Source: Cyanidioschyzon merolae (Eukaryota). Taken from it: 64,000 nt of DNA. The notes beneath the pieces are model-generated. The model was not told the DNA's origin. It searched no databases and was given only the letters and a program-made list of their open reading frames with translations. The stretch is from NCBI GenBank assembly GCA_000091205.1, contig AP006497.2. The stretch is one strand, 5' to 3'. A program made the translations under genes and the position numbers. Shown here piece after piece: positions 10,418-22,337 of this stretch (its first letter is position 1; the number at the start of each line of letters is the position of its first letter).

Positions 10418-11635
10418 ATGAAGCGCTCAGCGTCAAAACGCTCCACTGCCTGCAGACTCTGCATTTTTTATCTTTTGATATCTATGGTTATTCAGCACGC
10501 GCTGCTTTTACAGCAGCCCGTCTCTGCTACAGAAGGAGCTGGACTATTGGGGAGTCCTCGTGTTGCGGCTGAGTCGCAGCCGGCAGAGAACCCCCACACG
10601 CCGCACTCGGGGCAAACTGCCAGTGGCCAGTCTCAACAAGCTGAAGCAGCTCAGCGTCTCGGTCGTGAAAATGCTAGCGAGGGCTCTTTAGAGGAAAGTG
10701 ATGAAGATGAACTCGATGGAGAGCTATGGCGCCTGCGTGAGAAGACGAAGGAACTAGAGCAGCAACTTGCGCGTCTCCAGAAAATTATTGAGGAGAAAAG
10801 CAGTTCGGAAAACTCTCTTCTGGAACAACTCACGCGGCTGACAGAAGATAGGAAAAATCAAGAACAGAACCGGCTCGATCTTGAGGCACAACTGGAGCAC
10901 GTTAGAGCTGAACTAGCTGAGCTTCAGGCGCGACCCACTCCGGAACCAGATCTGGCTCGTTTAGACCTGATTGCTGTGGTCCGAGCGAAAGCCCATTATC
11001 GTTCAAAGCAAATTATGGGAGCGCTCGAGCGACGCGGAGTTTCCGGACGTGCGCGGAAGTTGCGGCGTCTAGTGGCTCGGACTGGCCGTCACGCTGCGCG
11101 CAGTCTTCGTGCACTGAGGAAAAAGGCCAAGCCCCATTTGAAACGTCTTCGGCGTTTGTTACGTGCGACGGGCCGGGTGACATCCCGCCGAATCCGAATC
11201 GTAGCGTATAAGCTTGAGCCGCATTTGAGGGTCATATTCGCACGTGGCGCCGTCCTGTTTCACAAAACCGCAGCGAAGGTTAGCCGCTCTGTCCCTCCAA
11301 GCCAGCTACAACGCCTCCAGAATATTTACCACACCGTTTTGGCGCGTTTGCTGGACTTTAGACGTTGCTATAGGAAGCAAATGAAACTCGTCCCAGAATA
11401 CACAACAGCTGAGCACGGGAATGGCTACGCATCCACCTTTGAACGCGCGGTCTTCCTCAAAGAGAACGCGCGAATTGCAGCATGGTGCTTCTGGCAAGCA
11501 GACTCGACATCTCGAGTGATTCTTATGGGCGCTTTCTGGATGTCTATGATGTTCGTCTGGATGAGTATGGTCATTCTGGTTGTGATTGGACGCCTGGCAT
11601 CCAAAACTTTGCGCATACTTATCCCCGGGAGATAG
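10418..11635 (+). CDS. Hypothetical secreted or membrane-anchored coiled-coil protein (orphan). It has an N-terminal signal peptide, an acidic/coiled-coil centre, a basic Arg-rich region and a C-terminal transmembrane helix.
   Basis: This is a 405-aa ORF in otherwise ORF-poor DNA. The N-terminus is hydrophobic (CRLCIFYLLISMVIQHALLL), heptad-like EL/QL repeats run through aa 90-170, and the C-terminal hydrophobic stretch is VILMGAFWMSMMFVWMSMVILVVIG. I recognise no conserved domain. Confidence 0.4.
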   Translation: MKRSASKRSTACRLCIFYLLISMVIQHALLLQQPVSATEGAGLLGSPRVAAESQPAENPHTPHSGQTASGQSQQAEAAQRLGRENASEGSLEESDEDELDGELWRLREKTKELEQQLARLQKIIEEKSSSENSLLEQLTRLTEDRKNQEQNRLDLEAQLEHVRAELAELQARPTPEPDLARLDLIAVVRAKAHYRSKQIMGALERRGVSGRARKLRRLVARTGRHAARSLRALRKKAKPHLKRLRRLLRATGRVTSRRIRIVAYKLEPHLRVIFARGAVLFHKTAAKVSRSVPPSQLQRLQNIYHTVLARLLDFRRCYRKQMKLVPEYTTAEHGNGYASTFERAVFLKENARIAAWCFWQADSTSRVILMGAFWMSMMFVWMSMVILVVIGRLASKTLRILIPGR

Positions 11636-13709
11636 AGCGTGCACGTTGCATAGGCTTGAGGATCCAAATTATAGGCGAGCAGCAAGCGCTATGAATGCCC
11701 TGTTCATATAAATGCGTGATGCATGCTGCAGCAAAAGTGAAACCGGGCATGGATGCGGCATGTCGACTCTTGCGTGCTCCTCACACAACTGAGTTTGATC
11801 AGACTCCTGAATAGCCCGGGCGAAAGTTGCGCTCTCTTGAGTAGAGGAACTGGCGAATCGATTAGGGTCCAAGTTCACCCTTGAAATTTAGCTCAGTACT
11901 CACAGCTCAGCTCGCACTCGTTGCAGTCGCCTTTCTTGGGCCATCATGGAGCATTGATGAGTCTCGCCACTCTTCATCTGGCGCGCGTTCCCTGTCAGTG
12001 GCGCGAATACGTACCTGACCTCCTTCGCGGGCAAGAGCGCGATCTAGCAATGAAGCGGTGCGTTTCCGTGGATTGGTCGCCGGATTCATGGACCCTGCGT
12101 GTTCCATCCGCTGACGGAAACGCGTTTCCATTCTTTCAAGAATCTCGATTCGGAGCGTGGGTTTAGCAGCGCAAAATCAGCGCTCGTCGTCGGTCTGAGC
12201 GCCCGCAAACCAGTTTCCGCAGCGTGCCAGCGACGTGGAACAACACGCGTGAGGGATTCGACGGTCAGGTCCAAGTCTTGGGACAGGAAGTCCCGTCGAA
12301 GCTCCCAAAGCATTGTATTTTATCCGTTACAGTGGTAGCCACCGACGCATCTGCATGCAGCTTTGGCCAGGAGGGCGCTTCCGGCGTACGCACCATCTAT
12401 CTGAAAGGTGGCATTCAGGCTTGGCCACCACCATTGCACGACTAAATTGGCGAAAGCATCTTCTGATGTGCCGTATCAAAGCTCTGTTACTTTTCGCCCA
12501 TGCCAGGGGTACCCCGTCGGGCGCACATGCTTCGATGCCCCTGATCCGTGAGCATGTTTGAACTCGATGTTCAGGGAGACAAATACCGAAGCTGAAATAC
12601 TGCTGTTGCGACCATGTCGCTGTTGACGGTTGTATCCGGCACTGGTGACCTTGGCGGCGTCGGAAGCTCGCACTGAACCGGAATTCTTGGATGCACGATT
12701 GCCGTTTGCTGCTATGAGAGCGAGCCAAACAGGCCGGTCAGGCCTTTAGGATCTAAGATGCATGCATAGAACCATTAGACTCAGACGCTAGGTCACGTTT
12801 TGCATCCTGGAAACAGAGCGAAAGAGGTCTGAGTGATAGCTAGGGTCTGAGATTCACGCAGCTAACCAGAATACTCGAATACTCGATTGCTGTTTGCATG
12901 CGGGAAGGGGACCCCGGAGGCTTGTTGAGTATTGAGGCAGTAAGAGTCATGAATCTTACGAGAATCCTCGGATACACAAGTACTGTTTGCGGACAGCGGC
13001 CTAGAATCACCGCTCTTTTCCCGCGGAGCCGCCTCGATATGCAAGGTGCATTCCACGCGCTATAAAGAGTGCGTTGATCGAATGCCGTTAAATGAGGCGT
13101 GCAAATGCCGGATACTGGACCTTTCTTTTGTCAAGATGAGCACGGAAACATCTGGTTAGTAATGTCAAACATGAATATAGCAATCTGTTTCTACATCGAA
13201 AGCCGCGAGTCAGCAACGCAGCATGCTCGTTGCTGCGGACGGGGGTTTATTTTAGTGAGGCGTAGAACACATGCTACGCAGATCATGGACGTCGCTATCA
13301 TTGGCATTACCATCTTGACATCCTGCATAAAAGTAAGTTGCATTCAGTTGGCGGCCTCTCTATTTCCAAGAGCACGATCACGGTCCGGCAGGAAGTTGTA
13401 GGCGCTAAAGTGGTGGTCAATTCTCTCCGATCGCATTCAACTTCGCTGTTTCGCAACACGCCGTCCATGTTGTAGAGTCTTTACTAGCCTTAATCTCTTG
13501 TCTTTAAAAGACGGTTTGCAGGCAAGTTATCAGGTGGCAAAGTCACCTGTCTGTGTTGGAAACGACAATTTGCCGTCGAAGGTGGCGGAGCGTTGCTTCT
13601 AGATATTACGAACGGAAACAAATACCTCCCTTCTTGCCAGAGATCACACTGGAGGTAGAAAAACGCTTTCTCCGTTCCTGCTACGAATCTGCAGCCCCTG
13701 CTGGCTCCG

Positions 13710-16700
13710 ATGCTAACACGAAGCTTGCTTGCGGTCACGGCTAGCGTCAAATATAGAGCACCTTTTGCCAGCAGGTGTCCGTTGGGCAGCAGCCCGTGTC
13801 ACTGCGTTCTCCGTCCAAGAATACTCCGATTTTTTGCTCTAGATCGCAATCAGGATGGTTCGCAACTAAGAAGTTCAACGCCCTTACTGCGGCACTGGGA
13901 GAGGATCAGGCGTAGATATCCCCAACACATTCTTTTATACCAAGTTGGCGACTTCTTTGAGTGTTTTAAGGAAGATGCTGTTACGCTCTCCGAGACGCTC
14001 GGCATAACGCTTACCCGCCGTGGCGTCGGCAAAGACGCGACTCCCATGGCGGGCATTCCTGTTCGCTCTTTGGACGCTCACTTGCATCGCCTTGTACAAG
14101 CGGGACATCGAGTAGCCTTATGCGAGCAAGTTGAGCCAGCCTCGTCAGGGAGTCGCCGCCTCATAGATCGGCGTGTAACACGCCTTGTAACACCGGGAAC
14201 TCTGGTGGAGTCTATCCAGCAAGCCAATGAGAATAATTACCTTGTAGCGGTTTCCTTGCCGGCGAACTCAGCTTTGGACGGGAATGAAGCGAACAACGCC
14301 ACGTGTCGCATAGCTCTGGATCGTACAAGCGCATCAAATCAATTGGACACGACATATCTAAGCGAAGTGCATGATGCATGCGTCTATTATGGCGTTGCCT
14401 GGGTAGATTTGAGCACCGGACAGGAGGTTCAGTGCAGCCTCGAGAGCTTCGAGACGATTGGCGAATGCCTCAGTAGGCTCCAGCCGCGAGAGATTCTCGT
14501 GCGGGGAACTCTTCCTGATGATGCAGAGGCTTGTTTCGCATACACCCTGCTGCGCAGAGTAGTTTCAGATAAGTGCCTCATGACCTGCCATGATGAGCGC
14601 TTCCGATACCAGCTCCCAGACCAGACTGGAAATGGAACCTTGACCCCCCAGGAACGACGCGCTGTCGAAACCTTGTTTTCCTACATCGAGCAAACACGCA
14701 ATCCAATGGAGGACAATGCTGAGGGCGTCGCATCCTCTGCTGAGAGACTGTTATGCCTGCGACCGTTGCCATTAGAACTCTGGCCAATCGTACGGCGCTT
14801 TGACGCCGGAGGTTTCATGCGCATCGATGCTTCTACACGGCGAGCTCTAGAGCTGCACAGATCCCTGCGAGACCCGTACTCGCGCAGAGGCTCACTATTG
14901 GCTGCTATCGACGCTACCGTGACGGCGCCAGGTGCTCGTCTGCTTTCGCTGCGACTTGCGTGCCCTTTGGTGGATTCGGCCGCCATCGAGCGCCGGCTTG
15001 ACGCGGTGGAGTTTTTCGTGAAGCACCGTGCAATAGCGCGCGAAACGCGAAGGAGCCTCCAGCACGTGCTCGATATTGAACGAATCGTTCAGCGAATCTT
15101 TCTCACAACTGGGCAAGCGGTTCGAGAGGGCCGCTTCACGGACTTTGAAAGAGTAGAAAATACGAACGAGCATTTGTTGAGCTCGCCCGCAATTGCCCGT
15201 ATACAAAATTTGATTCGGGACCTTGTTGCCCTAGGTGAAAGCCTGGGGCATGCCCAGCGTCTACGTGATCATATCTGGAAACGCTTTGCTTCAAAGGAGA
15301 GCCATCATGACCCGTGTTTCGAGGCCGTCCAGCGACAAATGGATCGCATTCGCTGTGACAACATTTATAATGTTTTATCAACCGCCCTGGAGGGTGTCTT
15401 GGGTCCAGGCACGACAGTCGTTGGCGTTTCACCTCCAGATTCGGAAGCACGGGTGCGTTCCGGAGACATCACGTGGCCTCCGGACTCGAACGCGGATGGT
15501 CAGGAAGCACGAACATCAGACGGTACCCGAGCTGCGGCTACTGGCCCAGCAAGCACTCAAGCAGGGGCGATACGTCCAGGATACTCTGCGGAGCTTGATG
15601 CAGCAGTGGTAGAGTACGAGCGCAGCTTGCAAGCAGTGGGTGCACTCGAACAGGTGTATCGTGAGGTGCTAGGTCTGAAAACTCTCAAAGTTAGAAGCAA
15701 TAATCTGTTAGGATGGCACCTGGAACTAACCCGAAGAGAGGCCAGCCGCCATCAGCTGTTCCAAAAGGCCCAAACTCACGGCAAGTGGGAGCCACTCGGG
15801 CTCCCCGTATCCGCTGCTAATCCATCGCCCTCTGATATTGATCATCACAACGTGCCTTCCTTGATGATGCGGAACAAACTTACTGATGATGCTGTTAGAC
15901 GAATCAATGAGACCCAACACACTGTTCGATTTCGAAGTAGATTATTGGAACACTATGTGGCCAATCGTCTTCAAGCTGAGGCGCGCTTCCTCCGTATTCA
16001 GCAGAACATCCTACTCGAACTGACTCATCGGTGTGCAGGCGACCCACATGCACGTGAGCAAATACGTGAAACTGTCGCAGCGTTGAGCGAGCTCGATGTC
16101 GCAGCAGCGCTTGCTCAGGTCGCTCATGAACACAACTATTGCAGGCCAGTTCTGCATCGACCTGCTTCGGAGAAACCTCGCTACATGATTCGCATCGAGA
16201 ATGGCCGACACCCAACGGTTGAAAGAGCAGTGCGGAATTTCGTTCCGAATTCTTGCTATTTGGAGATCGCTGAGGATAGCAAGATCGCGTCTCCTTCTCT
16301 GCTCGTGCTGACCGCAGCGAATGCTTCAGGAAAATCCACATTTTTACGACAGATTGCTCTTATAACGATTCTGGCACAGACCGGGAGTTTCGTGCCGGCT
16401 GATCATTGCGAATTACATCCTGCAGATAGAGTTTTCGCCCGCGTCGGTGCCGCATCAGGTGATGATCTTCTCTCTGCGCGTAGCACGTTCTTCCTCGAGA
16501 TGGAGGAGACGGCGGCAGTACTGCAAAAAGCTACGCGACAATCCCTAGTCGTTCTGGACGAAGTCGGTCGAGGAACGTCCGGCGAGGACGGGCTCGCAAT
16601 TTGTGAGGCCGTTGCAACGGCTCTTGCCCCCCGGTGCCGCACCATACTCGCCACCCATTATCTCGAAATACCGCGTAGAATTCTGGAGAGAACGCACCCT

Positions 16701-16919
16701 GCTGCAAAACACACCAGGTGCTTCACCGCGAAAGTCGAGCACGATGCCACGAAACGGGCGCTCAAGTTCTCCTATCGACTCAGCGAAGGAGCAGCAAGCT
16801 CCAGCTTTGGTATCGAGGTTGCACGGCTCGCCGGGGTCCCGGAGCCCGTCTTGCGTCACGCAGAAAGCATCGTCCAGTCGAGGAACGCTCAAAAGCTAGG
16901 AACTCGTTCCGGCAGCTGA
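13710..16919 (+). CDS. MSH1: DNA mismatch repair protein MutS homolog of the bacterial MutS1 type (MSH1-like, probably mitochondrial).
   Basis: The MutS domain I mismatch-recognition region reads YQVGDFFECFKEDA...GIPVRSLDAHLHRLVQAGHRVALCEQ. The connector, lever and clamp domains are present, the C-terminal ABC ATPase has Walker A GANASGKSTFLRQIAL plus DEVGRGTS, and an HTH region (ATHYLE) follows. The Arg/Ser-rich N-terminal 50 aa look like a presequence. There is no GIY-YIG extension. Confidence 0.85.
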   Translation: MLTRSLLAVTASVKYRAPFASRCPLGSSPCHCVLRPRILRFFALDRNQDGSQLRSSTPLLRHWERIRRRYPQHILLYQVGDFFECFKEDAVTLSETLGITLTRRGVGKDATPMAGIPVRSLDAHLHRLVQAGHRVALCEQVEPASSGSRRLIDRRVTRLVTPGTLVESIQQANENNYLVAVSLPANSALDGNEANNATCRIALDRTSASNQLDTTYLSEVHDACVYYGVAWVDLSTGQEVQCSLESFETIGECLSRLQPREILVRGTLPDDAEACFAYTLLRRVVSDKCLMTCHDERFRYQLPDQTGNGTLTPQERRAVETLFSYIEQTRNPMEDNAEGVASSAERLLCLRPLPLELWPIVRRFDAGGFMRIDASTRRALELHRSLRDPYSRRGSLLAAIDATVTAPGARLLSLRLACPLVDSAAIERRLDAVEFFVKHRAIARETRRSLQHVLDIERIVQRIFLTTGQAVREGRFTDFERVENTNEHLLSSPAIARIQNLIRDLVALGESLGHAQRLRDHIWKRFASKESHHDPCFEAVQRQMDRIRCDNIYNVLSTALEGVLGPGTTVVGVSPPDSEARVRSGDITWPPDSNADGQEARTSDGTRAAATGPASTQAGAIRPGYSAELDAAVVEYERSLQAVGALEQVYREVLGLKTLKVRSNNLLGWHLELTRREASRHQLFQKAQTHGKWEPLGLPVSAANPSPSDIDHHNVPSLMMRNKLTDDAVRRINETQHTVRFRSRLLEHYVANRLQAEARFLRIQQNILLELTHRCAGDPHAREQIRETVAALSELDVAAALAQVAHEHNYCRPVLHRPASEKPRYMIRIENGRHPTVERAVRNFVPNSCYLEIAEDSKIASPSLLVLTAANASGKSTFLRQIALITILAQTGSFVPADHCELHPADRVFARVGAASGDDLLSARSTFFLEMEETAAVLQKATRQSLVVLDEVGRGTSGEDGLAICEAVATALAPRCRTILATHYLEIPRRILERTHPAAKHTRCFTAKVEHDATKRALKFSYRLSEGAASSSFGIEVARLAGVPEPVLRHAESIVQSRNAQKLGTRSGS

Positions 16920-19900
16920 GTGCGCGGTAGTGCTCGGCTCCGTCTCTGCACCGTGGTGCTCGGCGCCTTTCAAGAACGGCTTACTGAAACGAGGGTTCAC
17001 CGACCTGCGATAGTCCTCTTCCCCAACTCTGCCGTAATATCCAGCTAAAAATAGAACGACACCGAAACCTATGGCGAAAGGATATGTTTCCGGTTTACGG
17101 ACCTCCGAAATCACTGCTCGAAAGTACTGCCACGACATGATTAAGAAGGGAGCGCCACAGCCAACTACAAGTGCGGATCGTAGGAGCGAATGTTCGAGCG
17201 AATCGCCCCAACCCGTCGTGCATGCTCGGCCTGCCTATGTCCTTTATGTATATTTATGTCCAAAAGCATGGACAAGTAATGGATGCGCTCCAGAATCAGA
17301 GAATTCCACGAGTGACGCTTTTTCATGTGAAACGAGCGAAATGGACCGGACGGTCCCAACATACTGCGAAGCTCGAGCGCATTTCTTGGTGCGCCAGAAA
17401 CGGAACCTTACTGATTTGCCGCACATCGCAGGTAGAAGTTGCATTGCGCTTATCTACTCCTCGTGAGAGGTGCCCGCACGAGCTCATCGGGCCGTTCAGG
17501 TGGACAAGTACCGCGCTGTGAACGGCTCTAATTGGTGAAGCCTGACAAAGAGCGACATAGACCGGTTGGTTACGAGGTCAGCCGCTTTATACGCATGGCA
17601 GGATGTTCTGAAATAGGCCTAACAGCACGTTTCATTGTTTTTGCTCGTTTTCTTGCATGTGTTCAACAAAAGTAATGGATCCTGTACATTGGAGCGAGGT
17701 CGCAGAAAGACTTGATGCTTTCATTTCTCGTTCGCGACAAGTTGCTTTAATCTTCAAGTCAATCAGTCTCCGTTCATGAGCAAGATGAATCTTCCTACTC
17801 GTGGTACCCGTACTGGACTTCGTGCATCCAAATAAAGGACTAATAAGACTCTGTGTAAACGACGGTTTCCCCTGCAACCCTCTCCACTCTATGAATTTGC
17901 TGAAAAGTATTATAAAAAATGTGCAGGATGTCACGTTACCGACTTGTTGATACGAACGGCAATGAAGAGACGCGGATACTCGCTGGAAATGGCGCGCCTG
18001 CCTGGGAGATGGTAGCGCGTTGAACAAAACGCTTTCGGTCTCGTCAGGAGTCTCGAACATATGTCTCAAGGGCGACTGATATTCCTCTGGCTTGATGAAA
18101 CTTTATTCGGGGAGGTGTGGTAGACCTGTATATGGATATTCAAAGAAGGCAAACCGTTGTTCGTAAACAAGAGACAATTGACTGGGAGGACAACATCAGC
18201 TCGTAAGAAGATTCAATCGTATAGTCGCCTACAATTGCCTGAAGGGCTGGATCGTTCACCAACTCTTCCATCCTTGCAGCAAGTCGTGGCTCTTCTTTGC
18301 GTATTTCTTCTGTCCAGGTCTTAGACAACCTCGCTTTCAATCCTTGAAGAACGGCCGAGGAGAGCGCGGCTGAGACTGGCGTCGAGATGCTCGTCGTGTC
18401 ACTTTGTTCTTCCAGGTTCAATCCAGCCGGTGGCATCTTCCCTGATATCGAGCTTCATTTTTATGCTAATGGACCAACAGATGAGTTCTTAACATCCTCG
18501 CCAACGTTCTTCGGCATATCCTCTTCTACCGTTACCAGCCCTGAACTGCTGTACTGCTCCTTTGCTAGGTCGTGGGAAGCATGGTAAAGGTGCGATTCAG
18601 TCAGTGGTCGTGCCAGCGACGGAAAAAGTACCGAGCTCGAATTCTACAATAGTAGATTCATTTCTTGATAGAGAGAGCATCGGGCCCAGTATCCATCCAG
18701 TGCATTTGAGCCCTGAGGAAAAACGCACGAATATAGAGTATAAAGACCAAATCTATGAAACCCCGCCGAGCAAATGAGGAGGCGGACACACTTTCAGACG
18801 AAAAAAAAGAATGATCCCCCTTCTCTCAAACGCGGACGAGGGCGGACGGGAAGTATACATCCTCAGAGCGCAAAGATCCGTCTGAGACAATTTTCACGAT
18901 CCTTTACTATAACACGTCAACGGGAAGAATCCTCCATTAAGTGAGTTGCCGGAAGCCAAGCAGGATCGCCTGGCTCCTTACTCGATGGAGGTTCAGCTTG
19001 CTTCCCTCGCTATGGGACATCTCATCGAGTACCTGGGTGTATCAGTTCCGGGCTCACGACTAACAGCTGTCCTCGTTCGTTTGGTATATTCTGTCTAAAC
19101 TTCCTGCGACATCTGATGCTAGGGCCAGGAGAAACAACGCAGCCGAAACGAAGGATCAGCGGGTTGCAGGGAAGCTTCCTGGAACACTTTGACGGATGAC
19201 CGTGCCGCGTCACCATCACGACCTCAACAGCGCAGGAGCCAGGAATATCAGACCTGCCTCAAAAATCGTATCGGGATCACTCCCGTGCGTTACATGTGAT
19301 ATACCCTGTAGAGGTTGTAACCGTATTTCGCTCACCTTAGAGGCACAGAAAAAGGCGGACTCAGGGAAGGAATCTTAGAGGTTTCGATGGATGTACGTGA
19401 TGATCAGATGGTGCCGGAATAGATCGAAATGATAACGACTTGTAATAAGGCGCCTGATTGAGAGCAAGGGTCGCCTCAGATCGTACAAACCCGTCGTGTT
19501 GTTTCAGGCCTCGGCCCGAAGGACCCCGTTCCCATAGTATGGATGAAACCTGATGTCAGAAGTCCATGCATATTGCGCTACAATTTTTCCTAAATAGAGC
19601 GCTCCAGGGCGAAAGATTCCATTCCAGAATGCGGGCGCCCTCGCCGTTCAAGCTTGTACTCGGTATGGTCCGCATTCGTCATATCTATGCCGACTATATC
19701 GCTGTAGACGTTTGGCTTCCGTACTGTATGGCTTCCTGGCCGCAACAGTTTGTCTCTGCGAGCGCGCTCGAAGCTTTCGAACAACTTCGCGAAGAGCATC
19801 AACAGATATCGTATAAGACTTCTCGTTGACATGGGGAAATGGAAATTAGTTACAGGGACGACAGAGGTCGACTGAACACAAAGCTACATGCATTTTAGGA

Positions 19901-21254
19901 AACTTAGACGTGGGTCGCGCAGCGAGACCTCATTCCAGAATTTCGAGGTAGATGATCGGACAGATTTCATTTTGCACGCGCACTTGGGGTTGAAAAACAT
20001 CATGGCTGTCGCCCGACATCTCAGTCCAAAGGACGAGGTAAAAGACTTGAACTGATGGCTCATGAAGCTGCTCAAATTTTCCAGGGCATCGCAAGATCGA
20101 CATTTGGGCATGATGGACGCCCGGAGACTACCCGCAAGTGGAATGGCGGCTTCAGGCATATCTCAGCATTCTGTGCGCCGGGTCGAGCAGATGAGAGGAC
20201 TTGGTACGCTTCATTCAGAGAGAACATAAGCATCCGAATGGCTCACGCGGACCGTCTCTGACATGGGTGCATGAGATCGCGCTGGTGCTTCTAAAATTTT
20301 CGGACGCAGGGAGCCAAGAATTGATAATTCGAGGACCTTTTCAATCGGTTAGAAAAGGAACTGCGTGATGAGTTGCGTCATTTGATGAGAGCCTGTGGTG
20401 CTCGGCGTGCTGCTGCGCGGAAAGGCCGTACTCGTGGTCCTTCGAGGAGAGCATGGGTGAAGCACGGGAACCGATTCAGCTCGATGTCCACTGATAAATG
20501 CAGAACGATACTCACATCAGAGTTACGTGTGCATGCCGGAACTACTAGAGAAGAAGAAGAAAGTGAAAGAGATACGTATACACGAGATGGTGTCTAGTAG
20601 GCCGACGGAACGTCAACTGGCGATTCAATCGAAAGCGAGACACCTGCTCTGGTTCGATTCCACCAGCGACCTCGCGGGCGAGCATCCTCTGCACCCAGAC
20701 TTGAGTGCCCCTGTCAACGTAGGAAAGTATCTCGTGCTTCGGGAGCGTGCAGTAGCTTTCTTTCAAGCCGACATTCGAATAAATCGTTTGGAACTGGATG
20801 TGGACATTAAGCTGTGTCGCTAAATAGTTCCGATGAAAAAATCAGCGGCTAGGAGAAGGGAATTGGATTCCCACTCAGAGCAAAGCAAACGTGAGTGACG
20901 TTTCCGCAACACAGCATGAGTTGAGCGCCATGTGCCTACACGGGGAGCCGTTTTACTGGGCAATCGGTTAGCGACAACAGGGTTCCATTTTCCGATATTA
21001 CAGAGCATACGGCAGTGTAAAACGCCAAAGCCCAAATTTTTCCGCGTCCTGCTGACGTGCTGTCAGGGATAGACCAGGGCTGTTCGTTGTTGATCTGTGC
21101 TCCAGTGCGATGCATGCCTCTCCTTGACGGAAGCTATTCGAGGTTCGCGCCAGGAACGGACACAAGCCCCGGGGAAAAGACGGTGGAGTAGCGTACCCCG
21201 GTATCGACGCCCCGGCGACGCATGGAACGGCACCCAGTGTGATGGGATCGTCGC

Positions 21255-22337
21255 GTGCGCAACGCGCGCAACGTAGTATGCCACGCTTTTCAAGTCGGGA
21301 GCGGCACACTGAAAGAAAGCGCTGAAGTTTTGGCCCCCAAGGGCACCAAAAGCGCTCCGCTGCTCGTCATGGCGGGAGATGCAGCGCGTGCAGCTCCGCA
21401 AACTGGTAAAGAGCGACCGCCACCGAGGTTCATAGAAGTTTTCCACGACAACCTTGAGCGAGAGCTTGACGTAATTTCGTCACTTGTTGCGCTTGGCAAG
21501 TACAAGTTGGTTGCCATGGATGCAGAGTTCCCTGGCGTCGTCGTGCGACCTCTTGGAAACTTTGACTCACCAGAGGACTTTCAGTACCAGACCATTAGGT
21601 GCAATGTCGACCTTTTGAAGGTTATTCAAATTGGGATCTGCCTGGCCGACACGGAGGGCAGTCTGCCAACGACAGAGGAAGCGCCCGCCGGCAACGTATG
21701 GCAGTTCAACTTCGAGTTCTCTCTCGCACGTGATATCTATGCACAGAGCTCCGTAGAGATGCTTCAGGAAGCTGGAATCAAGTTCGACGTGCTTCAAGAG
21801 CGCGGCATCGATCCGATCTATTTTGGAGAGCTCCTGATCACATCTGGGCTCGTAATGAATCCGGATGTAACCTGGATTACGTTTCATTCAGGATATGACT
21901 TTGGTTATCTGGTGAAGACATGCACAGCAGACTTGATGCCCGCGACAAGGCAAGCGTTCTACGAGCTTCTTAGCATTCTTTTCCCAAACTTTTTGGATAT
22001 CAAGAGTTTCATGCCGTCTCTGCAGCTGCATGGCGGCCTCAATAAACTTGCAGAGACGCTGCGAGTGCGTCGACATGGCCCCGCACATCAAGCGGCAAGT
22101 GATGCGCTGCTCACGCTGGATGTTTTCAACCGTTTGGCGAGAGTGCATGCGAACTTTATTGCGTTCGATCAATTTCTCAACAAACTATACGGGCTAAGCT
22201 TTCCGACCAGCGTAGACGTGACCAACACAAGCATGCAGGCTCAGCCTCAGAACGCGCTGGAGATGAATGCGTTGCTGGAGGATACAGACCGAATACGCTC
22301 GGAAGATGGGTCAGGTTTCGCAAAGCCCGCGGTCTGA
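21255..22337 (+). CDS. CAF1: CCR4-NOT complex deadenylase subunit CAF1/POP2 (DEDD 3'-5' exoribonuclease). An alternative start at the Met at 21369 is possible.
   Basis: The translation carries CAF1 family signatures: VAMDAEFPGVV, then GIKFDVLQERGID, then WITFHSGYDFGYLVK, then LDIKSFMP..GGLNKLAETL. The DEDDh catalytic residues are in the expected order. Confidence 0.8.
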   Translation: MRNARNVVCHAFQVGSGTLKESAEVLAPKGTKSAPLLVMAGDAARAAPQTGKERPPPRFIEVFHDNLERELDVISSLVALGKYKLVAMDAEFPGVVVRPLGNFDSPEDFQYQTIRCNVDLLKVIQIGICLADTEGSLPTTEEAPAGNVWQFNFEFSLARDIYAQSSVEMLQEAGIKFDVLQERGIDPIYFGELLITSGLVMNPDVTWITFHSGYDFGYLVKTCTADLMPATRQAFYELLSILFPNFLDIKSFMPSLQLHGGLNKLAETLRVRRHGPAHQAASDALLTLDVFNRLARVHANFIAFDQFLNKLYGLSFPTSVDVTNTSMQAQPQNALEMNALLEDTDRIRSEDGSGFAKPAV

